Part shown: in pieces, positions 9,946 through 19,863 of the stretch | Layout of the letters: each line of letters opens with the position of its first letter | Position numbering within the stretch: the first letter of the stretch is position 1 | NCBI GenBank assembly: GCA_038231275.1 | Contig: JBBRLQ010000003.1 | Span: 320,001-384,000 of the forward strand | Direction: 5' to 3' | Length of the DNA: 64,000 nt | Source of the DNA: Polyangiales bacterium | GTDB taxonomy: Bacteria; Myxococcota_A; Polyangia; Polyangiales; Polyangiaceae | The notes under the pieces: model-generated | Seen by the model: the letters and a program-made list of their open reading frames with translations, nothing else | Database searches by the model: none | Told to the model about the DNA's origin: nothing | Position numbers and translations under genes: made by a program

Positions 9946-11259
9946 TCATCGTGAGCCTCCCTGCAGGACCTCGCCCGATGCGACACGCACGCCCTCATCG
10001 GCGAGCGGCTCCGCGCGAAAGAGCAGCGCGAAGAGGAGCGCGCCGACGCCGCTCACCGTGGCGGTGAGGACGAACGCGGCGGTGTACGTGCCCGTCACGT
10101 CGACGAGCCAGCCGGTGACCGCGACGCCGATCACGCCGGGGATCGTCGCGATCGTGTTGCTCACGCCGTTGAGGAGCGACGCGTGTCGCGGGGCCACGTC
10201 CATGATGCCTGGCGCGTAGCCGCACGACACGAGCCCCTGGATGCCCGTCGCCGCGCAAATCAGCACGAGCGCCGCGCCTGCCGATTGAACGTTCTTCAGC
10301 GCGAGGAGGAACACCGCAGATACGAGCAGCCCGGTGCATTGCATGATTTTGCGCGTCCGCGTGGCGCTCACCCCGCGCGCGATCATGCGATCGGCGACCG
10401 ACGCGGAGAAATGGATGACGACGAACATCGAGAGCCACGGCGCCGCCGAGAAGAGGCCGGCGTTGACGATGCTGAGGTGCTGCACGTCGCGGAAGTAACT
10501 GGGGAGCCAGGAGAGTAAGACGTAGAGGTTCCACGTGGCGGCGAAGTGGCCGACGATCACGGCGAGGACTTGGGGGCGCACGAGGAGGCGGCGCCAGGGC
10601 ACCGGGGCGCGTGTGCCCCTGGGCAACGGCGGCGGGAGGAGGCCGCGCTCTTCCTTCGCGACGCGCGGATCGGAGTGCGGATCGTTGTGCACTTGCGTCA
10701 GCCAGACCGCGACCCATACGAGGCCTACCGCGCCGAAGGAGTAGAACGCCATCGGCCAGCCGAAGTGGCCGACGAGCCAGCCGGTGACCATCGTGCCGAG
10801 GACGGTACCGAGCGGAATTCCGCTGAGGAGGCGCGCGATCGCTCGGCTCCTCTCGGTCGCCGGCACCCACCGGCCAAACATCTCGTAGCTGGCCGGGAAG
10901 AGGCCGGCTTCGCCGATGCCCATCCCGACGCGCGCGACGAGGAGCGCGCCGAACGAGAGGCTCGCGGCGAGCGGGGTCGCGAGCGTGAAGAGCGACCACG
11001 CGAGCACCGAGAGGCCGAGCACGCGTTTGCCGCCGAAGCGGCTCGCCAGCCAGCCGCTCGCGAACATGAAGAGGAGGTAGCCCACGAAGAACGCCGAGAG
11101 GACGAGGCCCTTCTCGGTCTGCGACCAGCCGAGCTGCTCCTTCATCGCGACGGCGGCCACCGAGATGTTGACGCGATCGGTGTACCCGACGACGACACCG
11201 AGGAACGCCATCCCGACCACGACGTGACGTCGCGGCACGCCCCTCGGGGGGGCGCTCAA
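9946..11259 (-). CDS. MFS transporter, anion:cation symporter (ACS/SLC17-like)
   Basis: YTDRVNISVA, GWLASRFGGKR (MFS motif A), WLPSYF and about 12 hydrophobic segments. Confidence 0.9.
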   Translation of the reverse strand: MSAPPRGVPRRHVVVGMAFLGVVVGYTDRVNISVAAVAMKEQLGWSQTEKGLVLSAFFVGYLLFMFASGWLASRFGGKRVLGLSVLAWSLFTLATPLAASLSFGALLVARVGMGIGEAGLFPASYEMFGRWVPATERSRAIARLLSGIPLGTVLGTMVTGWLVGHFGWPMAFYSFGAVGLVWVAVWLTQVHNDPHSDPRVAKEERGLLPPPLPRGTRAPVPWRRLLVRPQVLAVIVGHFAATWNLYVLLSWLPSYFRDVQHLSIVNAGLFSAAPWLSMFVVIHFSASVADRMIARGVSATRTRKIMQCTGLLVSAVFLLALKNVQSAGAALVLICAATGIQGLVSCGYAPGIMDVAPRHASLLNGVSNTIATIPGVIGVAVTGWLVDVTGTYTAAFVLTATVSGVGALLFALLFRAEPLADEGVRVASGEVLQGGSR

Positions 11260-13037
11260 GGCTTCTTTTTCTTTGGGAGCGCGGCGGAGAGCTCTTTGGC
11301 GCGCGGATCGTTCGGCGCGAGCTCCAGCGCGCGCGCGGCTTGGCTCGCGGCGCGCGTGAAGAGCTTCGCGGCGAGGTAAATCTCGCCGAGGGTCACGTGG
11401 TAGGTCGCGTTCGTGGGTTGCGCCATGAGCGCTTGTTCAGCGAGCTCCGCGGCGTGGTGGAGGTCGCCGCCGCTCAAGCGCAGCGCGTTCGCGGCGCGAT
11501 CGGCGAGTGTCGCGTCCGGTCGCGCCGCGTTGGCTTTTCCGAAATACGTCGCGGCGTCTCCCCAGCGCTGCTCTTTCTCGGCGGCGCGTGCGCGGGCGAC
11601 GCTCTTGTCGAAGTGCCGCGTCTTCGCGATCTCCTCGATGGCGACGAGCTTCTTGCGGATCGCGGGATCTTCGCTGTTCTGGAGCGCGAGGCGGTAGTTG
11701 TTCGCGGCGCTCACGACGTCGTCCTTGCGGAGTGCCTCTTCGGCGGCGCTCAGGAAGATCTCGACGCGCCGCTGCGTCTCGCTCTGCTTCGCGGCCGCGT
11801 AGAGCCGGCGCATCGCGTCGTCCGAGCTCGGCGCCGTCCGCTCTGCCGGAGGAGCGAAGATGCGTGGCGCCGACGCCGGCGGCGGCGCGAGCGACGCAGG
11901 AGCCCTGACCGGAGAGGAGACGGGAGCCGAGGGCGCCGAGGGAGCAGACCGCGCCGGACCCGACGGAGCAGATGGAGCGGGCGCAGGCGCGGGCGCGGAG
12001 ACGAGCACGCCCATGGGAGGCGGAGGGTCCGGCATCTTCGCGGGAGGGGGCGCGGTGACCGCCTTCATCTTGCGGCTGTTTCTCTGCGGCGGCGCGCCCA
12101 TCTTGCCGGACGGGCGCCGCTGCGGTGGCTTCGGCGCGGGCGGCAACCGCGCGTCGTACGCCGCGCGGAGCTCCTTCTGCGTGAGCGTGTCGTGCGCACG
12201 CGTGATGTGCTCGAAGATCCGTCCGAGCGGCACGCGCGCGTCCCCCAGCCTCTTGCCGAAGTAGCGATCGGGATGGAACTTCGCAGCCAACGCGAAGTAG
12301 GCGCGCTTGATCGTCTTCTTGTCGGCGTCGCGCTCCACCTCGAGGAGCGCGTAGTGATCGATCCCGCCGAGCTTCTCCTCGAATGCGATGATGCGCGCGC
12401 GCGTAGCCTCGTCGAGGTCGGATTTTCCGTCGTCGTCGGGCGCAACGGCGCGGACTCGGATGGACCGCATCGACGCCATCGAAGGGCGCGAGCTCCGACG
12501 TTCGACGCGCGCGGAGGGACGCGTGCTGACGGAGGGACGCGTGCTCGCGGAGGGACGCGTGCTGACGGAGGGACGCGTGCTCGCGGAGGGACGCGTGCTG
12601 ACGGAGGGACGTGTGCTGACGGAGGGACGCGTGCTGACGGAGGGACGCGTGCTCACCTGCGGGCGCGCGCTGGGACCAAAAGCGGGACCCGGACGCGCGC
12701 TCTTGTTCGGCGTGGAGGGGCGCGCGCTCTTTGCCGGCGTGGAGACGGCCTGCGGGCGCATGCTCTTCGCCGGCGCGGGGGGCGGCTTCTTCTCCGAAAC
12801 GATGGCCCTCAGCGGGGTGCGCTTGATCGGGCGCGCGTCCTCGGTCTCCGCCGCCCCCAGCTCCCTGAGCCGCGCGGCGATCTTCGCCGTCTCCGCGAAC
12901 TCGAGCGCCGTGATCGTCGCGATCTCCTCGAGCGTCATCCGCCCGTCGATTTGCGAGAGGACGAACGCCTCCACCGCGCCGAGCGGCAGCGCCTTCATGT
13001 CGCACTCGACTCGCTTCAGGATCGTGTTCCGATACAT
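11256..13037 (-). CDS. DnaJ-domain / TPR protein with Pro/Ser-rich linkers
   Basis: DHYALLEV...IKRAYFALAAKFHPDRY (intact HPD) and C-terminal TPR-like helices. Confidence 0.85.
   Translation of the reverse strand: MYRNTILKRVECDMKALPLGAVEAFVLSQIDGRMTLEEIATITALEFAETAKIAARLRELGAAETEDARPIKRTPLRAIVSEKKPPPAPAKSMRPQAVSTPAKSARPSTPNKSARPGPAFGPSARPQVSTRPSVSTRPSVSTRPSVSTRPSASTRPSVSTRPSASTRPSVSTRPSARVERRSSRPSMASMRSIRVRAVAPDDDGKSDLDEATRARIIAFEEKLGGIDHYALLEVERDADKKTIKRAYFALAAKFHPDRYFGKRLGDARVPLGRIFEHITRAHDTLTQKELRAAYDARLPPAPKPPQRRPSGKMGAPPQRNSRKMKAVTAPPPAKMPDPPPPMGVLVSAPAPAPAPSAPSGPARSAPSAPSAPVSSPVRAPASLAPPPASAPRIFAPPAERTAPSSDDAMRRLYAAAKQSETQRRVEIFLSAAEEALRKDDVVSAANNYRLALQNSEDPAIRKKLVAIEEIAKTRHFDKSVARARAAEKEQRWGDAATYFGKANAARPDATLADRAANALRLSGGDLHHAAELAEQALMAQPTNATYHVTLGEIYLAAKLFTRAASQAARALELAPNDPRAKELSAALPKKKKP
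12510..12653. repeat. 18-bp tandem repeat x8 encoding STRPS(V/A)
   Basis: (GAC/CGC)GGAGGGACGCGTGCT repeated 8 times without spacers, inside the DnaJ gene. Confidence 0.95.
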
Positions 13038-13124
13038 CGCGCGTCGCCTACCGAGGCAGACCTCCGATCGGCGATCCTACCGGACGCTGCGCCCACCTCC
13101 AGCTCCATGTGGAGGGCGGGCCGG

Positions 13125-13946
13125 TCAGGCTTGCGCTTCTTCGACCGCTCGAGCGGGCTCGGGCGAGGTCTCGGTGACGGTCGCCGGCGGCGCGAATCCG
13201 CGGAGCGCCCACAGCCCGCGCTGCGCTTCCTCCATCCGCGCGCGCACCGCGTCGGCGAGCGCCTGCGGGCCGTCGTAGTCCTTCGGGTGCACGGGATCGA
13301 GGATGCGCACCCGGATCTTCAGCGTGCCCCACTGGCGGAGGACCGCGTCCTTCGGCAGCGCCTCGCGCGAGCCGTCGATGACGACCGGCACGACCGGCAC
13401 GTCCGCGTCCGCGGCCAGCCGGAACGCGCCCGGCTTGAACGGGAGCATGACGCCGCTCTTCGAGCGCGTGCCCTCCGGGAACATCATGATCGACACGCCG
13501 CGCTTCAGCCACGACAGGCACGTCGCGAACATCGCCTTCACGCTCTCTGGATCGCCGCGGCGGAGGCGAATGTAGCGGTTGAAGTACATGTTCCAGCCGA
13601 TGAACGGCACGTAGAAGTTCTCGTGCTTGGAGACGAACTTGAACGGGAGCATCAGCGCGAAGATGATCGCGATGTCCCCCGCCGAGAGGTGGTTTGACGC
13701 GTAGACATAGGCCTTGCTGCGGTCGATCTTCTCTTTGCCCTGCACGTCCATCCGCCACAGCGGGTTCACCCACATGTGCTGCGCGCACCAGAAACACGTG
13801 TAGAGGTGGAGCGCGCGGCCGTTCGGATCGAAGGGCAGCGTGACGAGCCAGATCACGAGCGCCGGGCCGAAGAAGATCGGCAGCGCCAGGACGATCCACG
13901 TCCAGAAGCACACGGTGTGAAGGATCGTGTGGAGCGTGCGCAGCAT
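13125..13946 (-). CDS. Lysophospholipid acyltransferase (PlsC family)
   Basis: SNHLSAGD (HX4D), FPEGTRS, PFKPGAF, VPVVPV. Confidence 0.9.
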   Translation of the reverse strand: MLRTLHTILHTVCFWTWIVLALPIFFGPALVIWLVTLPFDPNGRALHLYTCFWCAQHMWVNPLWRMDVQGKEKIDRSKAYVYASNHLSAGDIAIIFALMLPFKFVSKHENFYVPFIGWNMYFNRYIRLRRGDPESVKAMFATCLSWLKRGVSIMMFPEGTRSKSGVMLPFKPGAFRLAADADVPVVPVVIDGSREALPKDAVLRQWGTLKIRVRILDPVHPKDYDGPQALADAVRARMEEAQRGLWALRGFAPPATVTETSPEPARAVEEAQA

Positions 13947-14013
13947 CGAGGGGCCACATTTGTGCCACGAGGTCGGGGGGTACGCCAAGGGCGACGTGCA
14001 TGCCCTCGCCACG

Positions 14014-14655
14014 TCACCCGAGCTTCAAATTGCGGGCGGCTTTGCATTGGGCGCGGCTCAGGTCCACCCCGATCGCGTCGAGCCCCAGCTCGTTGGCGAC
14101 GGCGAGGACCGTTCCGTGGCCGCAGAACGGATCGACGACCACCGTGGTCGCGGTCTCTTGCTGGAGAAATCGGCAGGCGGCGCGGCACGCCTCGACGCCC
14201 ATCGCACGGCTCCAGGTCATCACGCCGGCGTCGGGGAGGACGTCGGCCGCCCCATGCCGAGGAGGCGGCCGCTCCGCGCGCGCGACGCAAAGCATGTGCG
14301 AATACGTCGCGCGCCCGAACGAAACGGTGCCTGCCGGCTTGCGGCAGACGATCTTGTGCCAAACGAGCGATGCGCCCTCCTCCTCTAGTGCGCGGTGCAC
14401 GAGGTAGCCCTTGTCGACCCAGGTGCCCTTTCGCCGCAGATCGCTCTGGAAAAAGACCGCGACGCCGTCGTCGGGAATCCAGCGGATCACGCGCCGCGCC
14501 GCGTCGACGAACCACGCGCGCCACCCGTCGTAGCCGAGCTTCGGCACTTCGGACGCGTCGGGCAGCGACGTGACGACGCTCGCGCCCGCCGGCGCCGCGG
14601 TCTCGGTGAGCCACACGAGCGCGTCGGCGTGGACGACCTCGCGGCGAGGCGTCAC
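14014..14655 (-). CDS. SAM-dependent methyltransferase (N4/N6 DNA methylase-like layout)
   Basis: C-terminal VVDPFCGHGT motif I; N-terminal VVTSLPD at the motif IV position. Confidence 0.75.
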   Translation of the reverse strand: MTPRREVVHADALVWLTETAAPAGASVVTSLPDASEVPKLGYDGWRAWFVDAARRVIRWIPDDGVAVFFQSDLRRKGTWVDKGYLVHRALEEEGASLVWHKIVCRKPAGTVSFGRATYSHMLCVARAERPPPRHGAADVLPDAGVMTWSRAMGVEACRAACRFLQQETATTVVVDPFCGHGTVLAVANELGLDAIGVDLSRAQCKAARNLKLG

Positions 14656-14665
14656 GGGCGAGGCG

Positions 14666-16411
14666 TCACTTCACGCCGACGTCCTTCGGCGGCACGAGGA
14701 AGAGGACGCTGCGCTTGTCGAGCTTGGTGTTGCCGGGCAGCCCCACGACGTCGATGAACGCGTTGAAGAACTGCGCGCCTTCCTTGGGCGGCACGATCGT
14801 GTTCTCCGCGGGGATGATCTCGAAGCACACCGGCGTGCCGGTGACGACGGCGACGAACACGTCGTCGTAGCCGAGCGCCGGGTTGCTCTTCTTCGTCGGG
14901 TGCGCGGGGCAGCCGGACGCGGGATCGCCTTCGCTCATCGCACGAAGCTGCTTGATGAACTTCGTCGCGTCGACGCCGGCGGGGTTGGCCGGATCGTTCG
15001 ACGGGATCGCGGTGACGTCGAAGCTGGCGCCGACGCTGATCGCCTGGATGGCCTTGACGATGCTCTGATCGAGCCCGTTGCCGTTCTGGATCGTGAAGTT
15101 GAGTCGGCACGTACCTCCGGGACCGCTGGGCGCCTGCGCAGCGCCCCCGAGGCCGGTGCAGCACTGACCCGCGCCGCACGTGCCGCCGAACGCCGCGGGC
15201 GGGACGTTGCTCTGCGTCGCGTCGGAGAGGTTGTTCGAGTCCTCGTGCCGGTTCGACGCCGCGCCGTCCTCGTCGACGACGCCGACGAACTTGGTGTGGC
15301 TCGTCGCGAACGCGGTCTTGAGCTGCGTGTACGTCGGCGCCGCGAAGTTGTAGGCGCTCGGGCTCGTCGGATCATCGCCGACGTCGTAGTTGTGCCACGA
15401 GGCATCGGTGATCCCGACGACCACGCGGAACGCGCCGCCGCGGAAATCGACGCCCCCTTCGGTCCCCGGCGCGGGCGCGTGCGCGGCGACCGAGCCTCCC
15501 GGCCACGCGAGCGCCTGACCGGTGAGGATGTAGAACATCGACGGGATCTGCGCCTCCGGATCGTCGCCGCCGCTCCCGAGGCTGTAGTTGTTCACGGCGG
15601 CCTGCGCGGCCGCGGCGTTCGTCGTGATGGTCTGCCAGACCTTGACCGGATAGTCGCCGGCACTGCCGAACCCGTTGACCGGGTAGTCGCGGTGGTCGAC
15701 GATCGCGAGGCCGACGTCGGGGATCGCGTTCTTCAGGCCGTCGATGATGCCGCCGGCCTTCGACAGGTTCGCCTTCAGGTTGGCGATCGAGCCGCTCATC
15801 GAACCGGTCGTGTCCTGGAGGATCGCGACGTCGACCTGCTTGAGCGTCGTGGCGAACTTGAGGACGTCGCGCGACGGGTAGGGCGCATCCAAGTACGGCT
15901 CGACGAAATAAAAGTCGCGCTGGTCGCCGGTTTTACGAAGGACCACCAGCGTCAGGTTCGCTTCGCCGACCTCGCCGCGCGCGGACGCGTGGATCTTCGT
16001 GGTCAAGCCGAGCGCGCCGTTGGGAAGCGCGGTCAGCGACGTGAAGGTGGCGCCGGTGAACGAGCCGACCGGATCGACGAGCGACAGGGCCATCTCGCCG
16101 GTGACGTCGGAGGTGGTGCCGTCGCGCGCGTGGAGCGTCCCGGTGTAGGCCTGCGTCCCGGCGGCGATCGGCTTCTTCGCGGTGTCCACGAACAGCGTGG
16201 CGTTCGACGGGACGAGGACGACGCGGTTGTCGCCGAGCGATCCGTCGCCGCCGAGCAGAGGTCCGCCGTCGTCCGCGATTCCGCTCTCCGAGCCGCCGTC
16301 GGCCCCGCCGCCTGGCTCCAGGAAACCCGCGCCGCCTTTACCGCCCCCGCACGCCGCGAAGGCGAGCGCGAAGACACCGAGCGAGGCGAGGCATGCGGTC
16401 GTACGCGTCAA
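14666..16411 (-). CDS. vWA-domain lipoprotein
   Basis: AGGAGG SD before TTG at 16411, lipobox AFAAC, MIDAS QDTTGSM, GGDDPE, ITDA. Confidence 0.85.
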   Translation of the reverse strand: MTRTTACLASLGVFALAFAACGGGKGGAGFLEPGGGADGGSESGIADDGGPLLGGDGSLGDNRVVLVPSNATLFVDTAKKPIAAGTQAYTGTLHARDGTTSDVTGEMALSLVDPVGSFTGATFTSLTALPNGALGLTTKIHASARGEVGEANLTLVVLRKTGDQRDFYFVEPYLDAPYPSRDVLKFATTLKQVDVAILQDTTGSMSGSIANLKANLSKAGGIIDGLKNAIPDVGLAIVDHRDYPVNGFGSAGDYPVKVWQTITTNAAAAQAAVNNYSLGSGGDDPEAQIPSMFYILTGQALAWPGGSVAAHAPAPGTEGGVDFRGGAFRVVVGITDASWHNYDVGDDPTSPSAYNFAAPTYTQLKTAFATSHTKFVGVVDEDGAASNRHEDSNNLSDATQSNVPPAAFGGTCGAGQCCTGLGGAAQAPSGPGGTCRLNFTIQNGNGLDQSIVKAIQAISVGASFDVTAIPSNDPANPAGVDATKFIKQLRAMSEGDPASGCPAHPTKKSNPALGYDDVFVAVVTGTPVCFEIIPAENTIVPPKEGAQFFNAFIDVVGLPGNTKLDKRSVLFLVPPKDVGVK

Positions 16412-16486
16412 GGTGCACCTCCTGTCCAAGAAGCACCAAGAACCTAGCTCCTTTGGACAGAGACGGCACGCGCGACGGGAATTTTG

Positions 16487-17365
16487 TCACGCCGCGTGTT
16501 TCGCCTCGTAGGCGTCGCGGGCCTGGCGCGCTTCGTCGCCGCCGTTCGAGCCGCCGGCGACGAGGCGCGTGTCGTCGGCGTGCATCTTTCGCATCATCCA
16601 CGCGGCGAGCCAGCGCCCCAGCGTCGGGAAGGCCCGCGAGAGCCAGAGGCTCCGCGGGTAGACGATCTCGCGGGTCTCCCTTTCGAGGCCGCGGACCATC
16701 AGGCGAGCGAGCGTCTCGACGTTGCCGGGCGGCGTGAAGGCGAGCGCGGCGTCGGTGCCGTCGATCTGTCGCGCCTCGGCGAGCATGCCGGTGTCGACCG
16801 GGCCCGGGAGGACGAGCATCACGTTCACGCCGCTGCCGCGAAGCTCCATGCGGAGCGCGTCGGTGGCGGTGGCGATCGCGGACTTCGACGAGCCGTAGTG
16901 GCCGGCCATCGGGAAGGGGAGGACGCCGCCCATCGACGCGACGTTGACGATCGCTCCCTTGCCGTTCGCTTTCATGTCGGGGACGAGCGCGGCGGCGAGG
17001 GCGACGGCGGACCAGTAGTTCGTCTCGAACATCGCGCGCGCGACCTCGCCGTCGGCGCCGACCCACTGCGAGGCCGCCATCCCGACGCCGGCGTTGTTGA
17101 CGAGGACGTCGACGTGTCCGAGCACGTCGCGCGCGCGCTTCGCGAGGTCGGTGGCGGCGCCGCGCTTGGAGAGATCGGCCGGGAGGACGTGCGCTTGACC
17201 GCCGGCGACGCGAATCTGAAGGGCCAGCTGCGTGAGCGCGTCCTCGCGGCGTGCGGAGAGGGCGACCGTCGCGCCGGCGCGCCCCAGCGCCTTCGCCAGG
17301 CCCCATCCGATGCCGCTCGAGGCGCCCGTCAGCAAGACCGTTTTTCCGCGCAAATCGAAGCTCAT
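16487..17365 (-). CDS. Short-chain dehydrogenase/reductase
   Basis: TGASSGIG, NNAG, YGSSK. Confidence 0.92.
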   Translation of the reverse strand: MSFDLRGKTVLLTGASSGIGWGLAKALGRAGATVALSARREDALTQLALQIRVAGGQAHVLPADLSKRGAATDLAKRARDVLGHVDVLVNNAGVGMAASQWVGADGEVARAMFETNYWSAVALAAALVPDMKANGKGAIVNVASMGGVLPFPMAGHYGSSKSAIATATDALRMELRGSGVNVMLVLPGPVDTGMLAEARQIDGTDAALAFTPPGNVETLARLMVRGLERETREIVYPRSLWLSRAFPTLGRWLAAWMMRKMHADDTRLVAGGSNGGDEARQARDAYEAKHAA

Positions 17366-17487
17366 GATGCCTTCCCCTCGCCGTACTCGTGTCGTTGGTT
17401 AGGATGCGTAGTGACCGAAACGCGTTTCGGGTCATTCGCGCCACACTCCAGAGGAAGGGGCGCGGGCCTCGGCGCGTAGGAGGACGC

Positions 17488-18474
17488 GTGCGCGCCAGGG
17501 CCGTCGGTCTCCTCAGCTTCGTTCTCGCGACGGCCGCGCTGCCGGCCGCCGCGCAACCTCGCGACGCGGCAGGGGCCGAGGTGCTCTACCGCGCGGGGCG
17601 TGAGGCCGCGCGGCGCGGCGACTGGGCGACCGCCTGCGCGAAGCTCGCGGAGAGCCAGCGCCTCGATCCGGCGCCCGGGACGCTCCTGAACCTCGCCGAC
17701 TGCGAAGAGCACCGCGGCCACCTCGCGCAAGCGTGGCAAGAGTTCGTGCAAGCGCAGTCGCAGCTGCCGAAGGGCGACTCGCGCGGCCCGTACGCGAAGA
17801 GCCGCGCGGACGCCGTCGAGAAGAGGCTGCCGCACCTCAGCGTTCGCCTCGAGGCCGGCGTGCCCGCGGGGACGCACGTCGTGCGCGACGATCAAGAGCT
17901 CGGCGCTGCGTCGCTCGGCGTCTCGATGCCCGTCGATCCGGGCGATCATGTCCTCCTCGCGCGCGCCGACGGGCACATCGACGGTCGCGCGCAGGTCACG
18001 CTCGCCGAAGGCGAGTCGCGTGAGATCACGCTCGCCCTCGGACCTCTGAGCACCGTCACGCCGGCCGTACCCGTCGCACGTCCTGCGATCGGCGCTCCCG
18101 CGACGATGCCCGCGCCGCCGACGACGTACACGCCGGTCGTTCCGCCGGAGAAGAAGGGGGCGCCGACGTTCGCGTACGCGCTCCTCGGCGTCGGCGCGGT
18201 GGGCATCGGCGTTGGAACCGTCGCCGGCGTGCTCGCGCTGTCGCGCGCAGGCACGGTGAAGGACGCGTGCGGCCCCGACTACAAGACGTGCACCCCCGCG
18301 TCGGTCGACGCCGCGAAGGACGGCAAGACGTTCACGACGGCGAGCACGATCGGCTTCGTGGCGGGCGCGGTCTTCGCGGGCGCGGGGCTCTACTTCTTGC
18401 TCGCGCCCTCGTCGTCGTCGAAGACCGCGCTCACCGTCGCGCCGAACGGAGCCGCGCTCTCGGGGGCATTCTGA
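17488..18474 (+). CDS. TPR/PEGA-type secreted membrane protein (myxobacterial)
   Basis: AGGAGG SD, signal peptide, TPR (ACAKLAESQRLDPAPGTLLNLADC), VDPGDH PEGA-like segment, C-terminal hydrophobic helices. Confidence 0.8.
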   Translation: MRARAVGLLSFVLATAALPAAAQPRDAAGAEVLYRAGREAARRGDWATACAKLAESQRLDPAPGTLLNLADCEEHRGHLAQAWQEFVQAQSQLPKGDSRGPYAKSRADAVEKRLPHLSVRLEAGVPAGTHVVRDDQELGAASLGVSMPVDPGDHVLLARADGHIDGRAQVTLAEGESREITLALGPLSTVTPAVPVARPAIGAPATMPAPPTTYTPVVPPEKKGAPTFAYALLGVGAVGIGVGTVAGVLALSRAGTVKDACGPDYKTCTPASVDAAKDGKTFTTASTIGFVAGAVFAGAGLYFLLAPSSSSKTALTVAPNGAALSGAF

Positions 18475-19802
18475 TGCGCGTTCGCAGCTTCTCCCTCGTC
18501 TTCGCGCTCCTTCCGATCGCGAGCGCTGCACCCCTCGCCGGGTGCGGGCTCCTCGTGGGCGTCGACTGGGATCGCGTCGCGCAAACCGACGCAGGGAACA
18601 CCGTCTATCTGCCCGACGGCGCGCCCGCTCCGCCTGGCTACATCCCGCCCGGCACCGATGGCGGAGGCGACGGCGGAGATGGCGGAGGAGTCGGCGGCGA
18701 CAGCGCTCCTCCGACGTGCTCGCCTCCGAAGATCACCTGCGTGCAGGGATGCTGCGACGACGACGTCGATCCGGGCCTCCCGACCGCGGTGACCGCCGGA
18801 CAGAGCAACACGTGCGCGGTGACCTCTACCGGCAAGGTCCGCTGCTGGGGCTCGAACGTCGTCGGACAGCTCGGGCGCGGCTCCGGCCCTGACTCGCTCG
18901 TCCCCAAGACCGCCTATGGAATGCCCTCGGGCGCGACGCAGGCGATCATCGGCTCCGCGCACGGGTGCGCCGTCGTCGGCAACCTGGTCGGATGTTGGGG
19001 CGCCAACGGCAGCGGACAAGTCGGCTTCGACGGCACCCCCGCGTCGCTCGGCCTCGAGACGCCCGGCCGCGTCCAGAAGATCACAGGCAGTGTCATCACC
19101 CTCGCCGTCGGCTCGAATTTCAGCTGCGCCACCGTCGACGGCACCGCGTACTGCTGGGGCGACAACGCCGACGGCCAGCTCGCGACCGATCCGAGCACCT
19201 ACCGCTCGAGCACGCCGCTCACGATCGCGCAGCTCGGCTCCGGCGTTCAGTCGGTCGGCGCCGGGAACAACGAAGCGTGCGCGGTCGTCGCGGGCGGTGG
19301 CGTCACGTGTTGGGGCGGCTCGAACAATCCTCCTACGCCGGTCGCCGGAATCACCGGCGCGAGCAAGATCGCCGTCGCGCCCCTCTTCAAGTGCGCGCTC
19401 GCCGGCGGCACCGTCCTCTGCTGGGGGGACAACTTCTACGCCGAGCTCGGAAACAACTCGTCCGACTGGGTCACGCCGAAGCCGCCGACCGGCTTGCCCA
19501 CCGACGTCACCCAGCTCGCCATCGGCGGCACGCACGGCTGCGCGCTCTCGTCGGGCGAGATCTGGTGCTGGGGCAACAACCCCTACGGCGAGCTCGGGCG
19601 CGATCCCGTCAGCGTCTCGAAGGCGCTCCCCGCGAAGGTGCCCGGCGTCACCGGCGTCATCGGCATCGCCGCCGGCGATAACCACACGTGCGCGCTCCTC
19701 GGCAACAACACGCTCAAGTGCTGGGGCAGCAACGGCGTCGGTCAGCTCGGAAACGGCACGAAAGACAGCGGTCCCACGCCGGTCACGGTCACCTGGCCGT
19801 AG
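18474..19802 (+). CDS. RCC1-repeat lipoprotein
   Basis: Lipobox LAGC, repeated CA...CWG.N..GQLG units, TGATG coupling to the previous gene. Confidence 0.9.
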   Translation: MRVRSFSLVFALLPIASAAPLAGCGLLVGVDWDRVAQTDAGNTVYLPDGAPAPPGYIPPGTDGGGDGGDGGGVGGDSAPPTCSPPKITCVQGCCDDDVDPGLPTAVTAGQSNTCAVTSTGKVRCWGSNVVGQLGRGSGPDSLVPKTAYGMPSGATQAIIGSAHGCAVVGNLVGCWGANGSGQVGFDGTPASLGLETPGRVQKITGSVITLAVGSNFSCATVDGTAYCWGDNADGQLATDPSTYRSSTPLTIAQLGSGVQSVGAGNNEACAVVAGGGVTCWGGSNNPPTPVAGITGASKIAVAPLFKCALAGGTVLCWGDNFYAELGNNSSDWVTPKPPTGLPTDVTQLAIGGTHGCALSSGEIWCWGNNPYGELGRDPVSVSKALPAKVPGVTGVIGIAAGDNHTCALLGNNTLKCWGSNGVGQLGNGTKDSGPTPVTVTWP

Positions 19803-19863
19803 ACCTGGGCGCAGACCTGGCCGTCGCCGCGAAAAAGGGTGATACCGTCGGTTTTGCCGCCGC

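Noticed and set aside
9749-9949. 66-aa ORF downstream of the MFS gene
   Set aside because: Crosses an AT-rich regulatory palindrome and has no recognisable protein features.
12510-12653. Repeat array as a possible CRISPR
   Set aside because: Units are contiguous, in frame and have no spacers; no cas genes are present.
13952-13967. Sigma-54-like TGGCACAAATGTGGC before the acyltransferase
   Set aside because: The predicted TSS would fall downstream of the likely ATG at 13946.
14666-19802. vWA, TPR/PEGA and RCC1 genes as members of the Srf system
   Set aside because: These are abundant generic myxobacterial families and the vWA gene is on the opposite strand; adjacency is the only evidence.
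19791-19826. 12-bp unit (ACCTGGCCGTAG-like) x3 before srfB
   Set aside because: Overlaps the upstream stop codon and looks like local slippage; no second instance was seen.
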